A program made the translations under genes and the position numbers. The notes beneath the pieces were generated by a model. It made no database searches. It was not told the origin of the DNA and saw nothing but the letters and a program-made list of their open reading frames with translations. From NCBI GenBank assembly GCA_964606975.1, contig CAZSGY010000026.1, positions 1-47,273 of the forward strand: 47,273 nt of DNA, read 5' to 3'. This DNA is from an uncultured Gammaproteobacteria bacterium (GTDB lineage: Bacteria > Patescibacteriota > Microgenomatia > UBA8517). This document shows positions 8,394-16,232 of the stretch, in pieces. Numbering within the stretch: the stretch's first letter is position 1; each line of letters begins with the position of its first letter.

Positions 8394-9250
8394 TGCAGGT
8401 TTTGCATGGTTTTTCTTCTACCTCAAGAAATAAGCTGCCGGAAAAAGGGATAACGCCCCCTGAAGTTTTTTCGGTTTATTACCATAATATTTTTGAATAC
8501 CCTCTTACTTTCTCGGAAGTTATAAAATGGCAGCCTAAAAACCCTCCGAAAATCAGGACCAGTATCCAATGTAAAAATGGCTACTATTTTGTTCAAGGCA
8601 GAGAGGGATTAATTTATAAGCGCGAAATTAAAAAAAGACATTCCCAAAAGAAAATTAAGATTGCGGGTCATGCCGCCAAAATAATGTCCATAATCCCTTT
8701 TATAAAAATGGTGGGCATTAGCGGATCGGTAGCTATGAATAATGCCAAAAAAGATAGCGACATAGACCTGATCATTATTACCAAAAAAGGCCGACTTTGG
8801 ACCAGTAGAATCATTGTTTATTTATTACTTAACTTTTTAAGATTGCCGTTAAGGGTTCCTCAAAGTCGGGAGCAGAGAGACAGACTCTGCTTAAACATTT
8901 GGCTGGATGAAGACAATCTTAAATGGAACCCGAAACAGAGAAACTTTTATACGGCTCATGAGATATTGCAGGTAATACCGCTTGTAAACAAGGACAAAAC
9001 TTACGAAAAGTGGCTGAAAGAAAATAGGTGGGTTTTAAACTTTTGGCCAAATGTGGTAGACGTAGACTCAATTAAGTATGATAGTAATGAATATACGAAA
9101 CCGATGAACACAAACCCGATTGAAACGCTTGCCTATAAAGTCCAAGTTAAATATATGAAAGCTAAAATTAGCAGAGAAGTAATTAAACCAGGCAAGGCAA
9201 TTTTCCATCCTCAGAACCTCAGCAAAACAATTGTTGAAAAATACACTTGA
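8393..9250 (+). CDS. Pol-beta-type nucleotidyltransferase-domain protein, function unknown
   Basis: G-S...D-x-D motif GISGSVAMNNAKKDSDIDLIIIT. The start overlaps the upstream stop by 1 nt (TAATG). Confidence 0.5.
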   Translation: MQVLHGFSSTSRNKLPEKGITPPEVFSVYYHNIFEYPLTFSEVIKWQPKNPPKIRTSIQCKNGYYFVQGREGLIYKREIKKRHSQKKIKIAGHAAKIMSIIPFIKMVGISGSVAMNNAKKDSDIDLIIITKKGRLWTSRIIVYLLLNFLRLPLRVPQSREQRDRLCLNIWLDEDNLKWNPKQRNFYTAHEILQVIPLVNKDKTYEKWLKENRWVLNFWPNVVDVDSIKYDSNEYTKPMNTNPIETLAYKVQVKYMKAKISREVIKPGKAIFHPQNLSKTIVEKYT

Positions 9251-9275
9251 CAGCTTACTAACTAATCCCTAAAAT
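9247..9275 (+). promoter_or_regulatory. sigma70-type promoter of groES-groEL
   Basis: TTGACA (9247-9252), 17-nt spacer, TAAAAT (9270-9275). The TGA stop of the upstream gene (9248-9250) lies inside the -35 hexamer. Confidence 0.65.
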
Positions 9276-9300
9276 AGCACTCATTGGGTTCGAATGCTAA
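9274..9300. promoter_or_regulatory. CIRCE operator (HrcA binding site)
   Basis: ATAGCACTC-N9-GAATGCTAA against the consensus TTAGCACTC-N9-GAGTGCTAA, one mismatch per arm. It overlaps the -10 box. Confidence 0.8.
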
Positions 9301-9308
9301 TTTGAAAA

Positions 9309-9602
9309 ATGAGTAAATTAAATTTAAAACCAACACCAGGATATATTTTGATTGAGCCTTTAGACGCTGAAACAAAAACTGCATCGGGCATTTATCTTCC
9401 TGAAGATTCTTCTGAAAAACCTCAAAAAGGAAAAGTTATAATTTTTGGAGAACCGATTTTCGATGACGGTCACCAAATTAAATCCCCGACAAAAGTTGGA
9501 GATATTGTATTTTACAAAAAATGGGGAGGAAACGAAGTTAAGATCGAGGGTAAAGATTACTTATTTGTAAAATTTGAGGATATTTTGGCCATTGAAGGTT
9601 AA
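9309..9602 (+). CDS. groES: co-chaperonin GroES
   Basis: 97 aa with LKPTPGYILIEP...KTASGIYLP...GKVI, directly upstream of groEL. Confidence 0.93.
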   Translation: MSKLNLKPTPGYILIEPLDAETKTASGIYLPEDSSEKPQKGKVIIFGEPIFDDGHQIKSPTKVGDIVFYKKWGGNEVKIEGKDYLFVKFEDILAIEG

Positions 9603-9626
9603 TATATTTACGCCCTAAACAAACTT

Positions 9627-11255
9627 ATGTCAAAACAATTAAAATTTGCAGAAGAAGCCAGAGAGTCTTTATTAAAAGGAATCGACACTGTAGCCAAGGC
9701 AGTAGTGACCACTCTTGGCCCAAAAGGCAGAAATATAGCTATTGATAAAAAATGGGGCGCTCCCAATATAGTTCACGATGGTGTGACTGTCGCCAAGGAA
9801 ATCAGTCTTCCTGATCCATTTGAAAATATGGGTGCCCAGCTTGTTAAGGAAGCGGCCAGCAAAACTAATGATAATGCAGGAGACGGAACAACCACCTCAA
9901 CACTACTCGCTCAAGTTATGACCCAGAAGGGTATGGAGAAAATCAATGCCGGTGCAAACCCCATGATCGTTAAAAAAGGTATTGAAAAAGCGGTTGAGGC
10001 AGCTACTGCCGGTCTAAAGAAAATGGCAAAACCGATCAAGGGTAAAGAGGAAATCGCGCAGGTGGCAACTATTTCTGCGGGGGATGAGGTAATCGGCGCA
10101 AAAATCGCAGAAGCTTTAGACAAAGTCGGACGGGATGGGGTTGTAACGGTCGAAGAAGGAAAAGGTCTGACAATAGATATTGAATATAAAGAGGGAATGG
10201 AATTCGATCGTGGATACGCTTCTGCATATTTTGTCACCAACCCTGACAAAATGGAAGCGGAAATAGAAGAGCCTTATATACTTTTGACGGATAAAAAAGT
10301 GTCCTCTATCCAAGAGATCCTTCCTTTTTTGGAGAAATTTGTAAAAGTTTCCAAAAACCTTGTAATTATTGCTGATGAGATTGAGGCCGAAGCTCTTACA
10401 ACTTTAGTTGTTAACAAATTGAGAGGGGCATTCAATGTTTTAGCAATAAAAGCGCCGGGATTCGGCGACAGAAGAAAAGAGATGCTTGAGGATGTTGCAG
10501 TGCTGACCGGCGGAACACTGATTTCAGCCGATACGGGACGAACATTTGAATCTATTGATATCGCAGATCTCGGCCGCGCCGATAAAGTCTGGGCGGATAA
10601 GGATAATGCCAGGATTATTGGAGGCAAAGGAGAAAAAGAGACAATCAATGCTAGAATCGCTTCGATTAAAAAACAGATAAGTGCTACGGATAGTGAATTT
10701 GATAAAGAAAAATTTGAAGAGCGTCTCGCCAAACTTTCCGGCGGTGTGGCTCAGATAAACGTGGGAGCTGCGACCGAAGTCGAGCTTAACGACAAGAAAG
10801 AACGGGTTAAGGATGCAGTTGGTGCCACAAAAGCGGCCATTGAGGAAGGAATCGTTCCTGGTGGAGAAACTGCTTTTTTGAGAGTCAGTTCAGCAGTCAA
10901 AAATGTAAAAGTTGAAAAAGGCGATGAGCAAATCGGAGTGGACATTGTAAAAGAAGCACTCGAAGAACCCATTAAATGGCTGGCTAAAAATGCAGGGGAA
11001 GACGGAGAAGAAGTTTTGAAGAAAATCTTGGCTAAAAATGAACCTGATTACGGTTTTAATGCTTTAACCGGTGAGTTTGGCTCGATGACTAAGATGGGTG
11101 TTATTGATCCGGTAAAAGTAACCAGAAGTGCACTTCAAAATGCAGCCAGCGTGGCGATGATGGTTCTGACTACGGAGGGGCTGATAACGGATATTCCTGA
11201 AGAGAAAAAAGAGCCCATGGTACCAACCGGAGGTATGGGCGGCATGGACTACTAA
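9627..11255 (+). CDS. groEL: chaperonin GroEL
   Basis: 542 aa with [23 protein letters not shown] and the C-terminal GGMGGMDY tail. Confidence 0.97.
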   Translation: MSKQLKFAEEARESLLKGIDTVAKAVVTTLGPKGRNIAIDKKWGAPNIVHDGVTVAKEISLPDPFENMGAQLVKEAASKTNDNAGDGTTTSTLLAQVMTQKGMEKINAGANPMIVKKGIEKAVEAATAGLKKMAKPIKGKEEIAQVATISAGDEVIGAKIAEALDKVGRDGVVTVEEGKGLTIDIEYKEGMEFDRGYASAYFVTNPDKMEAEIEEPYILLTDKKVSSIQEILPFLEKFVKVSKNLVIIADEIEAEALTTLVVNKLRGAFNVLAIKAPGFGDRRKEMLEDVAVLTGGTLISADTGRTFESIDIADLGRADKVWADKDNARIIGGKGEKETINARIASIKKQISATDSEFDKEKFEERLAKLSGGVAQINVGAATEVELNDKKERVKDAVGATKAAIEEGIVPGGETAFLRVSSAVKNVKVEKGDEQIGVDIVKEALEEPIKWLAKNAGEDGEEVLKKILAKNEPDYGFNALTGEFGSMTKMGVIDPVKVTRSALQNAASVAMMVLTTEGLITDIPEEKKEPMVPTGGMGGMDY

Positions 11256-11261
11256 TAAAAT
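11256..11261 (+). promoter_or_regulatory. -10 box TAAAAT, 6 nt upstream of the glycosylase GTG
   Basis: TAAAAT-GATTCT-GTG, immediately after the groEL stop (11253-11255). Confidence 0.35.
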
Positions 11262-11267
11262 GATTCT

Positions 11268-11864
11268 GTGTGGAACAAGGCAGAAAAGTTTTTATCCAAA
11301 GACAAATATATAGCCGTTCTTATTCAAAAATGGGGCAGCTGCACAATTAAAAAAAGCCTGACATCAAAATATTTTGAAGATCTTCTTGAGTCGATAGTAA
11401 ACCAGCAGCTTTCAGGCAGAGCCGCGTCAACTATTTTTGGAAGAGTGAAGGATTTGTGTGACGGGGACATTAATCCGGATATCATTTTAAAGTTGAGCGA
11501 AGAAAAGTTAAGAAAGGCCGGCCTCTCATTTGCAAAAATCAGATACATCAAAGATTTGGCAGGTAGAACCAAAAGCGGGGAGTTGGATTTGAGAAAACTG
11601 GATAGGTTAAATGATGAAGAAGTAATAGAAAAACTTGTCGTGGTAAAAGGGATTGGCCGATGGACGGCCGAGATGTTTCTGATGTTTTCATTAGCCAGAC
11701 CCGATGTTTTTCCTATCGATGATTTGGGGATTAGAAAAGGCTTCGAGAAAGTTACCGGTAAAAAATTTGATAGAGTAAAATCAGCCAGATTCGCTTTAAA
11801 GTCTTGGGCACCTTTTAGAACAGTCGCAAGCTGGTACCTGTGGAGATCGCTGGAAAATAGGTAG
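11268..11864 (+). CDS. HhH-GPD DNA glycosylase (AlkA/3-methyladenine glycosylase II-like)
   Basis: Helix-hairpin-helix VVKGIGRWTAEMFLMF followed by the catalytic-Asp region PDVFPIDDLGIRKG. GTG start. Confidence 0.8.
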   Translation: MWNKAEKFLSKDKYIAVLIQKWGSCTIKKSLTSKYFEDLLESIVNQQLSGRAASTIFGRVKDLCDGDINPDIILKLSEEKLRKAGLSFAKIRYIKDLAGRTKSGELDLRKLDRLNDEEVIEKLVVVKGIGRWTAEMFLMFSLARPDVFPIDDLGIRKGFEKVTGKKFDRVKSARFALKSWAPFRTVASWYLWRSLENR

Positions 11865-11896
11865 GTCGGCTATTTTGTTGTAAATACTAAGGATAT

Positions 11897-12580
11897 TTAC
11901 TTAGACAAAACGGTCAATGGATTTAAAGAAACCCCGTTCTGATGGACTTCAAGATGAAGGTGGACTCCGGAAGCTCTTCCGGTGGCGCCCATCTTACCGA
12001 TTTCTGTATTTGTGTCAACGCTTTGTCCAGTTTTGACATTGATTTTAGACAAATGAGCATAATATGAATCTATGCCACTTTTGTGCTCGAGAATTACAAG
12101 GTTTCCATATCCGGATCTGTCCCAACCGGCATAGGCAACAACGCCAGACATGATTGGTCTAATTGAGGTTCCCAAGCCTCCACCTAAATCTAAACCTTTG
12201 TGGAAAATATAGTAGTCTTGATTAATTTTGATCTTAGCAACCGGGTAGATCATGCTTTTTTCAGTCATAAGATTTGTTTGGGATTCAATGACCACGTTTT
12301 CTGCACCTTGGGCTTGCACATTAGTTGTTTGAGGAATGAAAGCTGCTGAGGTAGAAATAGCAACAAAACTCACAGCAAACACCTTGCCGATGTTTCTGTG
12401 ATCTGCAAGATATCTGGCCAACCTTCCGGCAAAAGTTCCTTTTCTGTATTTCTTTCTGACAACAGAGGGTTTGGGAATAATTGGCTCCTCGGACAAAGCC
12501 AGCAAGGGCTTACGCCTCTTAACCAGCTTTACGTCGAGTTGAAGACGATACTTAGGCAGTTCGATTCTAATTTTTCTCAT
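11897..12580 (-). CDS. M23 family metallopeptidase with membrane anchor
   Basis: HKGLDLGG, GYGNLVILEH, YAHLS and GATGRASGVHLHLEV (M23 HxxxD and HxH metal motifs). An N-terminal basic region precedes the TM helix. Confidence 0.85.
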   Translation of the reverse strand: MRKIRIELPKYRLQLDVKLVKRRKPLLALSEEPIIPKPSVVRKKYRKGTFAGRLARYLADHRNIGKVFAVSFVAISTSAAFIPQTTNVQAQGAENVVIESQTNLMTEKSMIYPVAKIKINQDYYIFHKGLDLGGGLGTSIRPIMSGVVAYAGWDRSGYGNLVILEHKSGIDSYYAHLSKINVKTGQSVDTNTEIGKMGATGRASGVHLHLEVHQNGVSLNPLTVLSK

Positions 12581-12659
12581 ATTGCACCTTTAATCTAGGT
12601 GCCACAGATTGAGCCCGAAGGCTCTATTGGACCATACCAACGGGACAGAAGGCAGGCAC

Positions 12660-12683
12660 AAAAAATCCCGCTTTTGCGCGGGA
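12660..12683 (-). terminator. intrinsic terminator downstream of tRNA-Cys
   Basis: The minus strand reads TCCCGC-GCAAAA-GCGGGA followed by TTTTTT, a 6-bp GC-rich stem plus a U-run. Confidence 0.55.
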
Positions 12684-12748
12684 GATGCGATTGTATACTA
12701 TGAAAAGCCAATAAGTCAAGTTTTGGCAAGGGACCTGAAAGAAACGAG

Positions 12749-12820
12749 AGGCCACGACCAGAATCGAACTGGTGCATAGCTGTTTTGCAGACAGCCGTGT
12801 TTCCTCTTCACCACGTGGCC
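12749..12820 (-). tRNA. tRNA-Cys (anticodon GCA), no encoded CCA
   Basis: Hand-folded cloverleaf. Acceptor GGCCACG/CGTGGCC. Anticodon stem GCTGT/ACAGC with loop CTGCAAA. T arm ACCAG-TTCGATT-CTGGT. Discriminator U, 72 nt in total. Confidence 0.9.
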
Positions 12821-12831
12821 AATTATATGGT

Positions 12832-12840
12832 ATTTTACCA
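12832..12840 (-). promoter_or_regulatory. extended -10 (TGGTAAAAT) candidate promoter for tRNA-Cys
   Basis: The minus strand reads TGGTAAAAT, then 11 nt, then tRNA position 1. This predicts a leader of about 4-5 nt. Confidence 0.4.
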
Positions 12841-12907
12841 TGAGGCATGGCAAATGCCGAATGGCAGCTTTGTCTTACCATGAAGCCGGTTCTGTGCCGA
12901 ATGGTAG
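12835..12907. repeat. two imperfect 33-nt direct repeats, period 40 nt, each an inverted-repeat hairpin
   Basis: TTACCATGAGGCATGGCAAATGCCGAATGGCAG (12835-12867) and TTACCATGAAGCCGGTTCTGTGCCGAATGGTAG (12875-12907), 24/33 identical. The conserved ends are TTACCATGA and TGCCGAATGG. Confidence 0.6.
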
Positions 12908-12922
12908 GTTGAGACTGCCATG

Positions 12923-12931
12923 TGTTACACT
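12923..12931 (+). promoter_or_regulatory. weak extended -10 (TGTTACACT), 8 nt upstream of the ATG at 12940
   Basis: TGT-TACACT-CGATCACA-ATG. Confidence 0.3.
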
Positions 12932-12939
12932 CGATCACA

Positions 12940-13791
12940 ATGAAAGCTTTTAAAGTAATTTTAATAACCACTTTGTGTTTGCTGCTCCTGGGGGCCACTG
13001 GTTTATATTTGGCCGGAAGGCTTAGCCCAAAGCCGGGAGGTGTCAGGATTGAAACCACACCGGAATCATCGGTCTTTATCAATGGTGTTTTGGTAGGTGA
13101 AACTCCCTACAGAGGTTCTTACAAGGCCGGGACAGTTGTCTTAAAATTGGTCCCTAAGGGAACTGTTGAAGAGATGATCCCCTTTGAAACGACACTGACG
13201 CTGGCGTCGGGGATAGAAACCGTCGTTGGTAGAAATTTTGCTGCAACCGAAGACGCCTCATCCGGATATGTAATTACATTTGAGAAGACAAAAAACCAGA
13301 CGGCCAGTTTAATAGTTTTCTCCCAACCAACAAACGCACAAGTATTAGTGGACGGGGTCTCGCGCGGTTTTTCGCCATACGACGTCTCTTCAATTTCGCC
13401 TGCAAACCATGCAATTACGGTAAAATCGCCGGGATATAAAGATTTTTCTATGACAATAAAGACCTTGGTTGGTTACAGACTTAACTTTTATGCCAAACTC
13501 GCTTCGGGCTCTGGGGTACCCGAAAAAAAACAGGAAGAGGGATTAACGACAGTTAAGAAAGTAACGGTCTTAGATACTCCCACAGGATATCTAAGAGTAC
13601 GCTCCCAGCCCGGTTCGGGTGGAGACGAAATCGCCCAGGTCAGGCCGGGGGATAGTTTTCTTTTTTTAGACACAGATATTGCCAGCGGATGGATAGAAAT
13701 TCAGTATGAGGCTTCAAAAGCCGGCTTGCCTGCCGGTATAACAGGCTGGATCTCCGGCGAATATGCAACAATCAGTGCCGAGAAAAAATAA
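12940..13791 (+). CDS. secreted/anchored protein with two PEGA-like domains and a C-terminal SH3b domain
   Basis: Signal/anchor MKAFKVILITTLCLLLLGATGLYLAG. PEGA-like segments GGVRIETTPESSVFINGVLVGETPY and IVFSQPTNAQVLVDGVSRGFSPY. SH3b-like GYLRVRSQPGSGGDEIAQVRPGDSF...GWIEIQY. ATG at 12940 preferred to the GTG at 12922. Confidence 0.6.
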   Translation: MKAFKVILITTLCLLLLGATGLYLAGRLSPKPGGVRIETTPESSVFINGVLVGETPYRGSYKAGTVVLKLVPKGTVEEMIPFETTLTLASGIETVVGRNFAATEDASSGYVITFEKTKNQTASLIVFSQPTNAQVLVDGVSRGFSPYDVSSISPANHAITVKSPGYKDFSMTIKTLVGYRLNFYAKLASGSGVPEKKQEEGLTTVKKVTVLDTPTGYLRVRSQPGSGGDEIAQVRPGDSFLFLDTDIASGWIEIQYEASKAGLPAGITGWISGEYATISAEKK

Positions 13792-13802
13792 TGGTTAGAC
13801 CC

Positions 13803-14780
13803 TCACTGAGTAACCGAAATGCCACTGTACAAAACCCAGTATACTAAGATCACCCAAAGAAAAACCGCCGCGATAAGGGCCTTGTCAGTAAGTAGCAATT
13901 TTTCCGGTGTCTCACTTTTCCCTTGGAAGATTAGTGATTCGTAACGCATAATGCCGAAAATGGTTACGGGGATAGTAAACATCAAAAGTTTTCCAATGGC
14001 GGTAGTATTAGACAACTCGGCCAATATCAGCCAAAACGGAGTAGATGTCCTCGGGCTTTCAAAAAAAGTAAAAAGAGACCAGGACATCCAGGAGGCGTTT
14101 CCAAACATGGTCACATAGGAGTTAAGAAGGTCTTTTTTGTAAAATAGTAAACTTTTTCTTGTCAAAATGTCCGAACTTTGCACTAAATTTAGCTCCGCCC
14201 TTCTTTTGCCCGAAGCTAGAAAAAGAGCTACTGAAACTACACAAAGGAGAAACCAAACTGATAGATGCGCATTAATAACGAAAGCTCCTGCGTATACCCT
14301 TAAAACAAATCCTGTTGCGATTATGATAATGTCCAGAATGGCAACGTTCTTGAGTATAAGGCTATAGAGAATCTGTATTAGCAAATAGGCGATTAATATG
14401 GTCATAAAGATTGAATCCAGATTTCCGAGCAGGGCAACAAAGATGGAGGATATTACTAAAATTAGAACCTCGAATATGGCCAGGCTAATAGGTAAAGAAC
14501 CTGAAGCAATGGGACGGTGCTTTTTGATTGGGTGCAGACGGTCTGAATTGCGATCAAGAATATCATTTATGATATAAGTGGCCGAAGTCATAAAACAAAA
14601 GGAAATAAAAGCCCAAACGGTTTTAGTTAGATAAATTTTATCGAAAAGATAACCGGACAAGAATATGGCAGCAAACAAGGAAACATTTTTGGTCCAATGA
14701 ACTGGTCTGGCGACTTTAATTGCTGCAAAGATTAACGAGATTATTGAACCTTTTTCTTCTTGGGTTTTTGTGTTAACCAT
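13803..14780 (-). CDS. UbiA-family polyprenyl-phosphate transferase (decaprenyl-phosphate phosphoribosyltransferase-like)
   Basis: Polytopic protein with Asp-rich motif NDILDRNSDRLHPIKKHRPIASG. The start overlaps the upstream gene by 40 nt. Confidence 0.75.
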   Translation of the reverse strand: MVNTKTQEEKGSIISLIFAAIKVARPVHWTKNVSLFAAIFLSGYLFDKIYLTKTVWAFISFCFMTSATYIINDILDRNSDRLHPIKKHRPIASGSLPISLAIFEVLILVISSIFVALLGNLDSIFMTILIAYLLIQILYSLILKNVAILDIIIIATGFVLRVYAGAFVINAHLSVWFLLCVVSVALFLASGKRRAELNLVQSSDILTRKSLLFYKKDLLNSYVTMFGNASWMSWSLFTFFESPRTSTPFWLILAELSNTTAIGKLLMFTIPVTIFGIMRYESLIFQGKSETPEKLLLTDKALIAAVFLWVILVYWVLYSGISVTQ

Positions 14781-15820
14781 AAGATTAAGCCACCCAAAAG
14801 CATGGCTACTCCCACCATTGTATAGATCTTATTGGTGGTATTCAAATTAAGCGCCAAAATGCCCAAAATGGCTGTTATGGTCCAATAAAAAATTGCGACT
14901 TGAGTCTTGCTTAATCCGGCATCTAAAAGCCTGTGATGCAAGTGTCCGCGGTCGCCCCAGACGGGGGACTGGTGATTAATTAACCTTCTGATAATTGTGT
15001 AGCCGGTATCGATAAGAGGGATTCCCAAAACAACAATCAATGTGCCGACTTTTGTGGTTGAAAGTATTGAAAGAACCGCCAAAAGGTAACCGGCTAAAGT
15101 GCTGCCTCCATACCCTGGCATAATTTTTTGTGGAAATATATGCCAGGGCAAGAACCCAAAATAGGCCCCGGCCGTTATTGCAGCGAGAATAATTACCGGC
15201 CATTCGGTAATATCTGCAGAAAATTTTAAAGACAAAAAGGCGATGGTTAAGGCCGAGATGACCACCACGCCGCTTAACTGGCCGTCAACTCCTTTTGCAC
15301 CCATATTCACAATATTCATCAGAAAGGCGATCCACAGGATGGCAAGAATGTCTGAAACTATCCAGATGCTGTGCATTTCGCCAAATAAACTAAAATTTAT
15401 CTGAGGCTGGCTAAGATTAATTATTCCACCAAAAGGGTTGGTAATGAAAGCGATGCCTATACCTGCAACTATCGGGGCGGCTGCCGCGAGCAAACCAATG
15501 ATCAATCTCAAATATGGGTTCAAGTTATATTTATCATCCAATACCCCCATGATTACCAGAATGGTGGCTCCGATTAATATACCAACGAGTTGTTTATCTA
15601 TTGGTAAAAAAATTAAGCTGGAGATTAAAAGAGCGATAAAAATGGGAATACCTCCACCTCTCGGTGTAGGATATGTGTGGATAACTTTTGGGTGCTTATT
15701 TTTGGCCGGATCGTCGATAATCCCAATTTTTGCAGCGTACTTTATAACCAGGGGAGTTACCAAAAAGGCCACTCCTGCAGAAACAAGCCAAGGGAGTAAA
15801 AATAAATTTCGAATTTCCAT
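14741..15820 (-). CDS. polyprenyl-phosphate sugar-1-phosphate transferase (MraY/WecA family, WecA/TagO-like)
   Basis: About 10 TM helices with VLDDKYNLNP, NIVNMGAKGVDGQLSG and GDRGHLHHRLLDAGLS. Assignment to WecA/TagO rather than MraY is by motif pattern only. Confidence 0.75.
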   Translation of the reverse strand: MEIRNLFLLPWLVSAGVAFLVTPLVIKYAAKIGIIDDPAKNKHPKVIHTYPTPRGGGIPIFIALLISSLIFLPIDKQLVGILIGATILVIMGVLDDKYNLNPYLRLIIGLLAAAAPIVAGIGIAFITNPFGGIINLSQPQINFSLFGEMHSIWIVSDILAILWIAFLMNIVNMGAKGVDGQLSGVVVISALTIAFLSLKFSADITEWPVIILAAITAGAYFGFLPWHIFPQKIMPGYGGSTLAGYLLAVLSILSTTKVGTLIVVLGIPLIDTGYTIIRRLINHQSPVWGDRGHLHHRLLDAGLSKTQVAIFYWTITAILGILALNLNTTNKIYTMVGVAMLLGGLILWLTQKPKKKKVQ

Positions 15821-15823
15821 ATC

Positions 15824-16159
15824 TTAGAAAAAACCAACCAGTAAAATGATCTTAACGACAGTTATGCTCGCCATTACCGCAATAAGGAAAGAGGCGACAG
15901 CTACTATTTTTTGAATGAATTCGTCTCTTGTGGCCAAATTAATCAACATATTAATGACCGTTATCAATATAGAAATCCCCGGGATGACAAAAATAAACCA
16001 AGTCGAAGCAAGTTGCTCGGCACCCGTGGGTTTACCGTAAAACAGCGGTACAAGAGGGGGAAGGAAGCTCTTGGTAATAAAAATTCCGACGGTTGTGATT
16101 AAAGACAACCCCACGGCAACAAGAAAATAATTTTTAAAAGTCACTTTTTTCCACCACAT
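15824..16159 (-). CDS. small three-helix membrane protein, unknown function
   Basis: 111-aa hydrophobic ORF packed 3 nt from the downstream gene. No motif recognised. Confidence 0.5.
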   Translation of the reverse strand: MWWKKVTFKNYFLVAVGLSLITTVGIFITKSFLPPLVPLFYGKPTGAEQLASTWFIFVIPGISILITVINMLINLATRDEFIQKIVAVASFLIAVMASITVVKIILLVGFF

Positions 16160-16232
16160 GTCTTAATTTTTAGTTAAAAAAGCAGGATACTTAGCCCGGC
16201 ATCGGCTCAAATTATGTCTAATTGTACGATAT

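Noticed and set aside
9911-10972. Several minus-strand ORFs (65-152 aa) inside groEL
   Set aside because: They are antisense to a very well supported gene. The Ser/Ala/Ile-rich translations are mirror images of GroEL codon usage.
12822-12827. Perfect TATAAT (minus strand) immediately upstream of tRNA-Cys as its promoter
   Set aside because: It ends only 1 nt before tRNA position 1, so transcription would start inside the tRNA. The TGGTAAAAT at 12832-12840 has workable spacing.
12595-13082. Two minus-strand ORFs (60 and 152 aa) listed in the ORF track
   Set aside because: They run straight through the tRNA-Cys gene, its terminator and the repeat-containing intergenic region. They also overlap the 5' end of the PEGA gene antisense. 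Their sequences have no domain-like features.
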